Of a stretch of DNA of 64,000 nt, positions 27,916 through 42,185 are shown piece by piece. Below the pieces are notes generated by a model. The model did no database searches and had not been told where the DNA came from. It saw only the letters and a list, made by a program, of their open reading frames with translations. A program made the translations under genes and the position numbers. This stretch comes from Paragordius varius. Taxonomy: Eukaryota; Animalia; Nematomorpha. The first letter of the stretch is position 1, and each line of letters starts with the position of its first letter. The stretch covers positions 9,734,001-9,798,000 of the forward strand of contig OZ176050.1 of NCBI GenBank assembly GCA_964247055.1, written 5' to 3'.

Positions 27916-30900
27916 TGACTAAGGGTTTCACATATCGTTTATAATTTCTATTTGTAGTTTCATTTAATTCTATTTAATTATCCATTATCGTTATATTACG
28001 GATTTAAACAACTGTTATTACAAAACATAACCAATCCGTTATTTACCATTACATAAAATATTAAACCCAACAAATATAAGGTGATAAAAAAGGAGTTTTT
28101 TTAGATGTTAATAAAAAATTGGGCCCGAAAGACCAATGAATCCATATTAGATTTGGCCTATTATCATAAGTATTTTTGATTACGGTATGAGTATCGTTGC
28201 TAGTAGGTTATTAATGATTGCCAATTAGTAAATACAACAAAGGGCATTATTATCGGTTAATAATATCAAAAAGTGAAAAAAATACTTATAAGCCAATAAT
28301 ACTGTCCTTTGTTGTATTTGCTATTTGGCAATAATTAATAACTTTCTAGCAAAGTAAATTTACTCATGTATTTAAAAATGCCTTGTGTAATATATACTCC
28401 AAAAAGTAATAAAGTGTTAATAGATGTAATAATAACCATATTTAATATAATTTATGAATTGTTTCAGTAATAGAAAATTATTATTTTAACCTATTTGATT
28501 GTTACAATTTAATAAAAAAAATTAAAACCATTTAATATTAATTATGTTAAATTATTTAAATTATTTTTTTAAGTTACATTTAGCAAAAAATATTAAAACC
28601 TATATTATAAAAATATTCGTCTTAAAGAATATATAGAAAATGATGAAATTTTAAATTCAAATCGGTTATTTCGGGCTCGCGGCAGGATTATAATATAATC
28701 CATAATTATAATAGAGAAATTATTAACAATTTAATTTCAACACTCTATTCACCTTATAAAATGATTAAAATAAATTATTTCTGTTCAACAATCAAAATTA
28801 TACATTTATATTAGCTTGTGATCTGTATATCCTTTATTAAAATCTATTAACGTAATATGCTATAATATCACAATGTGGATAACTTAGCTTTATTTTTCAT
28901 TGCAAAAACCAAAAAACCAAATCGTACCTGTTTTATTTATATATTTCTGAAAAAAATCTATTAAACCAGGATATTTTTTACCATGAGAAAAATCTTTTAG
29001 AATATTTATATCATATCCATATCAAAAAATTTAATTTAATAAATTGAATGGTTGAGAATCAATAAACATTTTTGCAAGGAAGCATAAAAGTAAGGATCAT
29101 TTTCACACGCAATAGAAAAAAAGGTGGTTAGTTCCAAGCTATTGATTGCATTGATTATTATATTATGATAACAACCAGCATTCACGAAATTATTAATAGA
29201 TAAGGGAAATTTAAAAATTAAATTCGCACAATATAATTTCATATTAAACTGTTTTTATAACAAATCTATCACTCACTATTTAATTTATAAATAATTATTA
29301 TCAATTTTTTATCATTTTTTTACATGGTATGAGAGACGCTTATCAAATACCAGCAATCTTGATTGTTTTCCATCAGTATTATTTATTTAATTTAACAGTA
29401 TCAATCGTAATGTTACATAACCATTTTAACATTTTTCTGCCTGAGAATTGAAACCATTGAAGTATAAATTCCACCAAAAATAAATTATCACACATACATT
29501 AGATTTTATATTCGATATTTTTCACACGTTGCTAATTTTTAAGATTCATTTCATTTTAAATTAAAAGATAACCGTTGATTTTATAATTCCGAATCGACAT
29601 TTTCCAGTGATACATGGTATGTTTATGTTTTTTTTGTATTAACATTAATTTAATTCTCAAAAAAAGATTGAGGACTAAATTTGGATTAAAATTTTAATAT
29701 CTTATATATATGAATACTTTCATAATAAGCATGAAAACTTAAATTTAATAACACAAAGTTTTTAATTAAAAAATTACTTTGAAATCATCAGTACAACAAA
29801 ATGATATTTACAATGCCTCCACCCCCTTTATAATGAGATAAATTTTGCCTTACAATAAAACCATTTTTATGAAACATCAAATATGAAAATATGTATTCAA
29901 ACTTTATATTTCACGTTAAAAAATGTGCCTTGGTAAAAAACGGTAGGGTGCAAGGTAATTTGAGCAAGAGTTAATTTTATAGGCGCTTAATTCGAAATAA
30001 TTGTTATGAGGCGGTTCGCAATAAATACACCGTAAACTGCATTTACTCTAGGCCTTTAATTTTATAAATTCAGGTTAACAGACAACCTAAGGCCAATTAG
30101 TTTGTACAAAATTTATCATGTATTTGTGAAGAACTATATTATCATTATGCATCCATAGCCATAGTTTTAAGGTAAAAAACACACTTTAAACTGCATCGCC
30201 TTAATTATTTACTACATGATAGATATTATTTTAATTTAGCTTTAACTCCATTTTATACATAAATTATATTAAATATCACATAAGGAAAATAATTACTGCC
30301 CTCCCCCTGAGTTTCACAAAATTTGTTTCAAAAAATACTGATAGTATTAAAGTCTTAATTAATAATGGAATATAATTACAAAAATTCAAGCCATTATGGC
30401 GCGAAATAGTTTGATATGGTAGTATTTGCTAAAATATGCCAATTATATAATTTAATAAATGAAAAATTAAAATTATAATACTAAACACTAATTTTTTGTA
30501 CAAACTTCATTTTAAAGAAAACCTATTCTTTTCTTAAATTATATTTAAATATATATTACAATTTTTATTACATATAAAAAGGGGCCATCTAAATATTAAA
30601 AATGTCGTTAAAAATGATAATTTTGGATGTCTTTTTTTAACAATCAAGATTGAATGCATAATAAACGGTACGTTTTGCCTTGAAACATAAAAGTACCATA
30701 TTTAGAATAATTTGATAAGCTCATTAAAATTTTTTATTTTTACCATCTGTTGGTATTTCATTTTAATTATTCCCCCTATTTTTTAAAAGGGATGCAGGCT
30801 TATAGGAGCAAAAAATACGTTTTTGTGTTTAATTTTTATTATTTTTCAAAATAAAACGGTTAAATTCTAACAGTCTCTTCTATATGATAAAGAGAAGCGC

Positions 30901-31939
30901 TTTTTAAAATCTCCTGGTGAGAATATATATTATTGTGTTCAGTATATATAGCAATTAACCAATAATAAATGTGTTTCTATATATTTCAAAATAAAAATTA
31001 ATTTCGATAAAAAATTATTCGATTGCATTTCTAAAATGCGCAAATTTACACTACCAATCACTAATTTCTTCCTAAAATCCTATTAGTTTGGGTTAGCAGT
31101 TCAAAAATTCTTTAAAACTTTCGTATTATCAATCTCTATATTCCTCCATGTGTTAGGTATCAAATTAATTTTTTAATTATTATTTTAATCAATATGTGGT
31201 GGAAACGCTTTAATCGGAATTCTTTACATAAAATATTTGATGCCATGAAAAAGGAATTTGCCAGAATGTAGTAGAATATTAATGATTTTATAATCTTTAA
31301 TAATTATAAATTTAATTATTATTGTATCGAATTACATGAAATATATATTTAGTAGATATATATATATATATATATATATAATTTTTATATAGAATATTCT
31401 CAAAGTTTTTTAAAGTTACGTGAACTATAGTAGAGAGTATGTGAATTTTAACATATTTTTTCTATCATTTTTTACGATGAAATAGTAAAGTAGCATTAAA
31501 TATATACTTATTGAAAATTAATAGTTATTAATAAATACTATCAAAATTTAAAACATGGATTTGGTCGATGACTTATCGTCTGAACTTTAATTGAAAGATT
31601 TTTCCCGGAACTCTTTTTTTATTAAAAATTTATCTCAATAATTAAAAACATCTCCGGACATTCAAATATTTTCATTTTGTGTTTGACATTACTTGTTGTG
31701 TCTTGTTAAAGCAATTTGTTGAGTTAACCTTTTGACATTGATCAAAACAGTCATTTTATATTGTTTTTTGCTGATTTTAAGCTTTTTGGGGCTAATTTGA
31801 CATTTTATCATGGTATTGACTAATTTTTATTATTAATATATATATAATTGTTAATATGTCCCCCAATAATAGGAAGGAATGATCTTTGTACTTATATTTC
31901 TGCACAAACTAGCCATTACATCTCTATTTCAATAATTTT

Positions 31940-31979
<40 letters not shown>

Positions 31980-33117
31980 CTGCCTATGGTTGTTTAATGA
32001 AAATTTATGGCGCGTGTCTATATAGATAAAATTATATCATTTGACAATGTTAATGACATTTCGTGGTATAGCATATAAGATAAATATTTCTGGTCGAAAA
32101 ATCTAATAATTAAATGCATACTACTGCCATTTAAGACTAAATATAAAAATGGTAATCGAAATTGTTTTTTAAAATATAATTTCCTTTTATATATATATTA
32201 ATGTTACGATATAACTTTTAGATTATTTAAATATTAATAATATCTGGACATTTTAAACGTGGATTTAATTATATATGTATGTATTTTTTTCTCTGATAAT
32301 AATTTTATCTAATTAATATCATTTTTTATAGTTATAGAAGCTTTCTCAGCTTCCGTTTAAACCTTTTCAATGTGATTAATATGTTTAAAAGCACTAAAGT
32401 AGTTTAATACCAACAATATTAAGTAGGAGCCATACAGAGAGGTGTAAAGGAAGGAAGAATCAAAATATAAAATTTTAATAATTAAAATTTTCCTTTTTTA
32501 TTAAATTGTGAAGAGGTGCCACCGCATAATATTGCAAGTTTTTGATTCTTTCTTTAAGGATTTATGCATGAATAATTAAAAAAGAAAAAAAAGAGTCAAT
32601 TATGTATTTTGTTAATACAAAATATATATACTAGGTAATAATCAAAAGAAAGATAGGTTTGTCGGTCAAACTTTAAAATATATAAGAAGAAAAAGGAAAA
32701 GATTAGTAGACAGGCACATTTAGTTATTCTCTTTATTTAATTTTTTGAGGTGCGCATTGCTACCTAAATTCCTGTTGAATTATATTGAATATAAATTAAG
32801 TCCCTTTTAATATCCCAACAGTTAAGTCAAATACTCATTTTTTCTTTAATCACAACCAATGATACTCTATCTTAAACGATAAGTTTTTTTACGCTATAAT
32901 GACTTATCTGTATAACAATGTCATATATCTTTGTTTCTATGATTTTTGTGATTGGATATACTGTCCACATCCTTCAAATAAATCAATAAGCTTAGTGCGC
33001 ACACCTTTAAATACTTTAAATTTAAATGCTTTGAAAAGGAAGTTTACTTATTATACATAAAATGGATTTAAAAGAAAATTATAATTTTTATTTGTAAAGT
33101 TTATACAATAGTGATTT

Positions 33118-33418
33118 ATGGATCTTACATCGAATGGAACGTGGACATTAACATGTATAATCATATTTTTGAGTATTTATATGAACTATCCGGTAGAATC
33201 TTTTGTTGAAAAGGTAGGTTTATTATGACAATATCTTTGTAAAATGATTATATATATTTTTTATATTAAAATGTTACAATTTTTTGTCATTTTTTGCCAT
33301 AATTAAGAGAACATACTAATTCAAATTCATATCCATCCATCTGTTAGGCTCCAAAAAAATTAATGAACTTTTTCTTTTTGGCTCCTTCCTATCTTGATTT
33401 TTATTTTCCTATATCCAG
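33118..33418 (+). CDS. Candidate 5' exons of an unidentified secreted protein (33118-33213, 33348-33418)
   Basis: MDLTSNGTWTLTCIIIFLSIYMNYPVESFVEK (signal-peptide-like) ends at a strong donor AAG|gtaggt. An in-frame second exon APKKLMNFFFLAPSYLDFYFPIS ends CAG|gtatgt. No recognisable homology or downstream body. Confidence 0.3.
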
Positions 33419-36400
33419 GTATGTTCATACATAAAAACTTAGAAAAATAAGGTAAACACACACACACACACACATGTTAACAAAGTTTAAATTTTAATTG
33501 TCTTTTTTTGTAAAGTTTTATTAAATATGGAGGAGATAATATAGATTTAATTAAAAGATATTAATAAGAACAATGTTGTCATTATATTATCATTAGCAAT
33601 AAAATTTGATTAGATAAATATTGAAAAATAATTAAAAATTTTCACCTTTAGAGTAAAAAATTAAAGATAAATTTTAATACATGGATGGCATTATGTTTAT
33701 TTTCTTAAATTATATTTACCCAGTAGCCTAACATTTGTTAATCTCAAAATGTTTTTTTTATTCAATTTTAATTGTTAAAATAATAAACGTACGATGATTT
33801 AAATCAATATTTGATTTGTGATAAAGTTTTTAGCAATCAAAAAAGTTTTTATGAAATTATTTATTTTTTTATCAAGGAGCCAATTTTTGGGCAAATTTTT
33901 TTTATTTTAAATGAATACACGGTTTAAAATTTTAAGTGCTTTAATTTTAATTTTTATTTTATAATAATTGTAGGTTAAAATTGGAATAAACTCTTCTTCA
34001 TAAATAAATCCCTTTGATGATTTGCCGACTGGCATTTTGTAACGGGGTTACTGTTTTTTTTGTTATATAAAGTTTAAGTTATTGGTGGGGTTTTTTTACT
34101 TTTACTGATTAAATTTTGGTTGAATATAAATAAGTGTAAGTACTTATAAATATACTACTTCAAGCCTTTGCAAATGTAATAATTGAATTATTTTTTGTTT
34201 TGACTGTTAGTTTATAACATAAAAATTAATTATTATAAAACGCGATTAATAAAATTAAATTATTTTTTTTAAAAAAAAAAATAAAATTAAGTATTCATTG
34301 TTTTGATATACCGCCAGTTTATTATAAAGAGGAAAATGTACTTAATATTTTTAAATGAATCTTATTAGCGAATAATATTAATGAATAAGATTTGTTTGAG
34401 AGGCCCTTAAAAATTTTAATTTTCATTTAATTTTTAATAATTAAAAAAAATAAATTATACTTTCTTTGAAGTGTTAATTTTTTACTGTAAAAAATACCGA
34501 TATCATTTTAATTTCACCTATTATATATATGTATACATATACAGGTGTCAACATAATTAATTAATAAATGATAAATAATTTAAGCAAAATATTATATTAA
34601 TTAAATACTTGTGCAGAGCCCTTTTTACCTTATAGTATATATAAATTTTTATAAAATAACTATAAAAACTATAATATAAAATATAAAATAATTTATATAT
34701 ATAATATATATATTAATTATTTTGTGTTGTTTATAACATAAATGCGACTGGAGATTTGTTTAAGCGAAAATAAAAATAAGATTACTTACAGAAAATTTCA
34801 ATATACCGCACACCTTTTATTTTAATTATTATCATTATCATTATCGTTGCATAATAAAAGCAAAATAATACATGCAGTAACATATGTCATCAAAAAAGGT
34901 TTGTCCATAATTATATATAAAAAATTACTGTTAAAACATAGGAAATGATTAGTTTAATTTCAACCATTTGTTGCATGTTGTTATACGCCACTGTAAAAGG
35001 TGTGTGTGGTGTGGACAGACATCAAAAATGACACAAAAAACGCAAAAATCGGCGGCAAGTTCAAAGTGAAATTTCTTTTGCGAACAAATTATTTTATTTT
35101 TTATATAATTACATAGTAAGTATAATAATTATTTTTATTATTTTGTGTTTAAGCTTAGTACAAATAATATTAATTTGTTATTTGATATATTATGTATATT
35201 ACAATTACATAATGAGATTTAATTTCCTTTAGTGTTTTTTGCTTGTAAGGTGTCTGCAATATAAGACGAACGCGAAAGGTGTACTTACTTTCTATGATTA
35301 TAAGTAATTAATTTTTTTTAAACTAATAATATTAATTAAAAATGTAATTATATATATTTAAAACTTTTAATAATATTTATGAATGAAATTCAATCATGTT
35401 CCAGTCAAAAAATATGTGAATATTTACTTACTGACAATATTTTTTAAATATTTTTTCGTTTTGATTAGCTATTTTTTATCTATTTATTACTTGAAAACTT
35501 TAAAATAAAGGTTGAATAGTCAAAAGATTAGCCAATCTGGCTGCTTATATATGCACCCTTTTACCGTTTTAACCAGTAAAAAACCGAAAGTTAGACAATT
35601 ATTTTAAATGTAATTGATACCACGGATCTAAATTCTTGACACGATTTAATATTAATTTATTTGAAACCATAATATATTTTGGTTAAGAAATAATTATATT
35701 GTCAAAGAAAATTATAAATGTAATTTATTTGGGGCCTGGTGAAGCAAAATGAATTTATTACAGAAAAAATATTTATTTAATAATATTTATTATTGATATT
35801 TATCCACTGAACCGTAAAAATGTTAAAGCGTAGGGGGGGGGTCAAATTAGCCATGCTTCCCTATTCTTTAAGTATTATATATAATTCTAACATTTATTAA
35901 TATTTATAAAATTTAGCTTTTCTGACTATTAAATATAAATATCATTTAAATCAAATTTATTATAATACATTTTAAAAAATTGTTAATTTTAGCACCTAAG
36001 TGTTATCCACACTTTTAAGTTTTAAAAATGTTTTACAAAATGACATTATTATATAATATCAATAGGTTTAAATAATGTTAGGAATTTCGCGTGAATAACT
36101 TATTTGTAACAATAATCTTACCACCTTAACAATTTTTTAAAATATTTGAACCTTTAAATTTTATCTAAAAATGTGACAAATAAATATTCCTTTAATCAAT
36201 AGTAATTTAGAATATAAAGATATATAAAAAACACTTACTATATGAAAAATTTTAAGTTCTTAAAAATTATTGGGGTTTCAAGTGTATAAAATTTTAAAAC
36301 CATAGATATTTTTGATGTGTTTTGGACAACGCAATATATAAAAATTATGTTAAAGAGATTTTATTTAATAAATATATTATATTTTAAAATTAAGTATTCT

Positions 36401-37329
36401 TAATTTTTTCATTAAAGAAAGAAAATGATAAAACATCTTTTTCCGTAAAGGTGGGACTACTTTTATATTACAACACTCTTTTTAAACTTGACAGACACAA
36501 TTTTTTTTGATAAAATTCATATTTGCTCATTGAGATTATTTTAATTACATTATATATATTTTTCATCATTATAGATTATTTAACATTTTTTAAAGTAAGC
36601 AAAAAGTGGTGGTCGTCATTTACATATATTAGTAATATTTTATTATTAATCCTTTATTTAAACAAAGCCAGAGTAATTTTATTATGCGACATTGTTATAC
36701 ACACATATATATACTAAAGAATAAAAAAACTCTTCTAGACTAACATATACATATAATTTTTTTCTTCCTTGAAGGTCCAAGAATATAATTATATTTTTAC
36801 TAATAATTTATTTCTCGAAACTATTACACGTAATTTTTTTGAAAGTCATCGGTTACTAAAATTATCATTTTTCGACACGCAGCTTTTGGATCATTTTGTT
36901 ATTAAATTCGATTAGAGAACATTTGATTTTAGATTTTCTAAAACGCGTTTTATGTAAAAAAAATTAATTATAACAACAAAAATATATTGTATTTAACAGA
37001 AAAATCTTTTATACACACCGCATCAATCTTGAAGAGTGACACCATTTTTTTCGTGAAAATTTCCCACATCCCATGTTATGTATTGATTACTTTTTATAAA
37101 TCAAATCAAACAGGATTAAAAACGCGTTTTCAAAAAAAAAATCATACATTTGTGTTTATGCATCTTGCAAAACTTTTTTAACGGTTTTCACCATATTTAT
37201 AATTCATTAAATAATTTATTTCCCTAGAATTCTTACTGAATAATTGCTGGCACACATTGATATACAATTCTATAATCCGAAACAAAAATATCATTAGTAT
37301 TCCAACAAATTCTTACGTCTAATTCCATA

Positions 37330-39940
37330 ATGAAAAAAGAAAAGTATACGACTAATTCCATCACTGAGAAGTCTGGACCAAACGTGTTAGACATTCAAAA
37401 ATGTATTTTTAATTATCTTTCCATCATTAACCGGAGAAAAAAGAATACATTTTCTCAAAAACCCACCACGTACGATTCAGAAAAATTTGTTCAAAACGCA
37501 AACGATGATTTTAATTCCAATGTGAATGCAGATCCACAAACCAGCATTCAACATAATCCATTTTTAATTTATTGCGATGACACCCAAAATTATTATGGTA
37601 CTCAACTAGAAGCGCAGATGAGCTTGGGGGATTGTAGCCCCTATCAAATCGAAAATCTTAATATAAAGGTATTTCTATTGTATGTTTTTAGACGAGTTCT
37701 AAAATATATAATGAAATTACGTTTAAATAAAAGATTCAAATTAAGCTTATAATTAGGATTAGTTAGTTGGTATGTTTTGAACTATGAATGACTCTTCGCC
37801 TTTTATATAATAGAGATTGCGCATTTTTAAAAAACATACGTCTTTAAATATATATAGTTAAATTATATTTTGCTATTTGCTCCAGTATAATTAGTAATAT
37901 GATGATAATAAGTCCCGATTTTTGTGATATTTTAATGATAATTTGTACTTGTAGAAAATAATGATCGAAAGGACCGAAATGGAAGAAATAATTGATTATC
38001 TCTATTTTCAAGTTGAGAAATTACCATCAGTGTCGGAATGTCAAAGCAAACGCGTCTACATAAACAAGTGCGATCCAACCCCACCGGGATTTGAGACACA
38101 CCTAAAGCCTGGAGATTTGATCCTTAAGGTATTTTACTAAGAAAATTGATATTTTAGAGTTAAATTTTTATGCATATCAATTACACTTCAAATTCACCCT
38201 CAAACATTTACTGACCCTAAAATAAATTATACGTGTTTTTTAAGATTAAAAATTACCTATATTTTTAATATTTTTAACTAATGTTGGTTAATATTAAAAT
38301 AATATAGAAAAATAATAAACTAAGCCATAGATATATATTTCATATTAATAATGAGTCACATTAACCCGAAAACACATTACGGTGAATTTGAATCGTGAAT
38401 AATATTAAGATGACACAATATAAAATTTTATATTTTTTAGATCAATAACATCCCAATCTTGTCGATTGAAGCTATCTCAGAAATTTTGAACGACCCCGAG
38501 TACACATCTTACGAATGGGAAGTATTGCCAAATACGTATGTCATTCAAGCGCCTTCAACAAACATAAATGTTGTTTCAGGTTATCAAAACAACAATCTTG
38601 AAGTTGATCTTGGCTCCAATCTCCCATTTGCTGAATTTTATGAATACGCTCTTTTACCACCCGTTGTGAGCCCAATTATTAACACCAAACACAGTAATGA
38701 TAGTCCATGTTTGAAACAGAACCATATCAATTTTACGCTTGATTCTCGCCCAGAAAAAGATAGTGGTCTAGATTTTAACATGGGCAGCAGCGTAGAATCC
38801 TTAAATTCATTTTCTCTGGAAGAAATCAATAACTTCCAAGAGAATCAACACAAACACTCGTTCTCATCCAACATGGATATTAAGGAGTTTAAAACAGCGC
38901 TAAATATATCGCATGAAAGCGGAAACTATTCATTATTGATGCGTGAACATGCTTTTGTAAAAAAATCAAAACAAGATAATTATGATAATACAAATACTCA
39001 AAATTATTTAAATAATGCTTCCTCCTATGAAAACACTGAAAACATTTATGAAGATTTGTTGGATTTTAAGGCCGCCTCTCTATCACTTTCATCTTCTCCT
39101 AAATCCAATTGCAACCATTCTCTCAAAGTTAACATTAATTCTGATACTTATCACAATCAACAGCATTTCAATGAAATAGATGAACTCAAAAACTGTGGCG
39201 CCCAATTAGGCGCCATTAGACAACAAATATTAGTGACAGATGGTGTTGTTAATGATAATAAAGGATCCATAAAAACTACCAATCAAAATAATTATGATGC
39301 AAAATACCATGGAGATAGCAAAGGAGAAGTACATGACGAATCTATTAATAAAAATTATAATGGAATTATAAACCAAATTCCTGACACTCATCGGAACATA
39401 CATAATTATGTAACACAAAATAATATTAATGTCTCAATTAATTACCATCAAAATGAAATCATAGATAAAAAGAGTGAGTTAGAGATTCCTAATACTCCTC
39501 CAGTACGAATTGATACAAATAATTATCCTGATATCATGTACACTAATAGGCAATACTTGTCACATACTATATCACTTCAACAGAAATTGTTTCAACAAGC
39601 ACATAAGGCAAACCATACTGTTGAAATTAATGAATCGATTAAAAATAACGCGAACTCACCTAATGTTGATCTCAAACTCCACGGCGCAAAATATCCAGCT
39701 AAAAATTATCTTCTAGCCCAAAGTCTAAGGCCTGTCCTAGGAGGTTCAGAAAAAATTCGTGTGAAAATAAAAAGGAAAAAAGATGGTTCTCGTTACATCA
39801 TACGTGATACTTTAGCTAATGAGGAAGTAGATTCAGCAATTCCTGCAAAAAACTTAAATTTCATACAGAATGATAAAAATTCTCATTCAATAAAAACCAA
39901 CAATCATCACAAAAATCTCATTAGTGTTATAACAATATAA
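37330..39940 (+). CDS. PDZ-domain protein resembling the PDZRN3/4-PDZD4/Slip1 family, about 670 aa. Exons 37330-37668, 37955-38128, 38441-39940
   Basis: Phase-0 splices join LKPGDLILK|INNIPILSIEAISEIL (PDZ). A long Asn-rich region follows, then MYTNRQYLSHTISLQQKLFQQA, VKIKRKKDGSRYI (cf. PDZRN3 WKVKVRSDGTRYI) and C-terminal NLISVITI* (cf. FLSVTTV*). The start codon is uncertain. Confidence 0.75.
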
Positions 39941-41714
39941 AATTCAACACAAAATTTAAAATTGATATCGATACATTTTATATCTATCGTATTTTAAGCC
40001 CTTCTTGTCTTCTAAGCATTTTATATAGTACTTATGATCCTAGATATATATACATAGAAGTTGCAATAACACTAATACCCTCCTCTCATCATTTATACAT
40101 AAGTATAGATAACAAATTTTCCGTAAAATATAATCCTATTATATTCTGTAAAAATTTTTTATATATTTAATTTATCTGTATTGTACATCATCATCACATC
40201 ATACAATTTGTCTTCGAAATTATATATATACTATTATCGATAAATTAACAATCTGTCATTTTTTGACCTTTGCAATAAATGGTGACATATTGTCAAACAT
40301 TTCTCATGTTGACTTTTTTCTTTTTCTCTACACTAAAAAAATATAATTAAAATGTGCATAAAATATGTATTGGGTTTAAAGTTTGTCCTCAAGGGAAACT
40401 TAATGAAATAGTGTGAATATGCTTATCCCTTGTAATTTGGTTATAATCCGTACTAATCTTATTTTGTGGCGAAAAGTCATTTAAGCGCCCTTTGAGCTTA
40501 GAAATAACTAATTATATCAGTTCCATTGCCTAAATACCAAAATATTCTCACAATATACTAAACTTTTTTCTAATGTTTGTTATTATGCAATTTTTATAAT
40601 CCCTTTAAATAGGTTGTGCTCTCGTAGTCTTAACAGATCCTATATTTAAGATAACTAACTATCAGGTTTTTTTATAGCTAAGATTGGAAAATAGGTTTGG
40701 TTTTGTGAAAAAATGAATAAAAATTCCATTTATTTAGATTGAAAATTATCTTAACCCAAATCAAATATCATATTTGGTTAGCTCTAATTAGAAGATTAGC
40801 AAGTAAAAATATAATTATAGTATAATAAAGGCTTTTTCTTACCCTATTTTCCTCTAGCAATTAATAAAAAACTATTTATGAAGGGATATATTAAAATTTT
40901 TGTTATTAATCTTTCCTTTTACCTTAAACTATCCCGTAATAGTACCCAAGGTATACTCATCTGGTTCAATATTTTTGTTTGACAACTGACAACTTCCCTT
41001 TCTTGCATGTTAGATTGTGGTAGCTATGTGTCCATACCACTCATGTGGATTTGACAATTTTGTTGTTTTATCAGCTGAATTGGATATTGATTCCATATAG
41101 AGTGTTAAAAAATTTTTCTTGCAACACCGTAGCCTCATTTACTCAACCATGAGTTTTACCATCAATGTTTGTCATGTACTGATTAGATTGTTTAACAATC
41201 AGATTTTTACATATAAAACCATAAAGACAAACAGAAAAACAATAAGGCCGAATCCACAAAACACATTTTGAGATGAAATGCTGTTTATGATTATGCGACT
41301 AAAAATATTGATGACGACAAAAATGAAATAAGAAAATCTCATATATTATGCAATATATTAGCTGATTGGGGATTTAATAACTACATTCAGGCAACACCTC
41401 TTCTGAACCATCATTGGATGATGTGATATTTAACTGCTATTAAATTATAGATTTCTATTGCTTACCGACAAAAAGTTCGATTATATAGCTTGTTACCCAT
41501 AACAATTTTGCAGGCATTTATAAATGGTTATGGTGATTTGAATTTAATGTAATCAAAACCTTGGATAATCCACCACTAAGCCGTTAGTTAGATGATTATA
41601 TTATATTTTTTCACCTAAAAAACTTTTCTATATATGATTTTATACATAATCATAATTTGTCGTACATAGCATAGGAAGGTAGATTGGCATTTGCTTAAGT
41701 AGAATTCGACTCCT

Positions 41715-41875
41715 TATAAATTAAATAGATCCCGACACTTGTCTTTTTCCCATGCTATTTCGTTTAACTTGCTTATACATTACCTGACCCTTTCTTAATA
41801 GTTCCAGCCATCTTACCATATGGCTTCATTTCTTACTTTTCTCTTCAACTTTCCCAAAAATCAATTCCTTTTCAA
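41715..41875 (-). mobile_element. 3' fragment of an RTE-clade LINE (decayed)
   Basis: ELIFGKVEEKSKK*SHMVRWLELLRK...KLNEIAWEKDKCRDL matches the RTE/BovB C-terminal pattern GKIEGxRxRGRxRxRWLD...LxExxxDRxxWR. Confidence 0.6.
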
Positions 41876-42185
41876 AAGATTACTCCTTAAAATGTTCCCT
41901 ATGTGATTGGTGTATTAAAATTATGGGCAGTTTCATACGTTTTATATTTTTGAGTTAGAGAAATGTATGGCTTTTATAGTCAGAAAAAAGGGGAGGTCAA
42001 ACTTCATATAAGAGAACAAAAAATTTTATATCAGCTGTTTACATTTGGCTATAACATTTTAGTAATTGGAAAATAGATAAAATGTTAAATTACAAAGTAG
42101 TTTAATATAACTTATAAAAAAGCGATTTTAAGGTTGTCAAATTTGAAATTAGCTTATAAATTTTCGGACAAATTAAATATTTAAA

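Larger units (their letters stand above)
27541..28020. repeat. 480-bp inverted repeat (two arms of about 230 bp, 20-nt spacer 27771-27790); Penelope-like pLTR pair
   Basis: 27541-27770 is the reverse complement of 27791-28020 apart from a few substitutions and small indels. Each arm carries a hammerhead motif. Confidence 0.93.

Noticed and set aside
34945-35030. MISLISTICCMLLYATVKG signal-peptide-like ORF
   Set aside because: Weak donor and no compatible downstream exon; likely chance in AT-rich DNA.
39824-39868. Possible in-frame 42-nt intron (GAA|gtagat...catacag|AAT) near the end of the PDZ gene
   Set aside because: No stop or frameshift requires it and the donor is weak; undecidable without RNA data.
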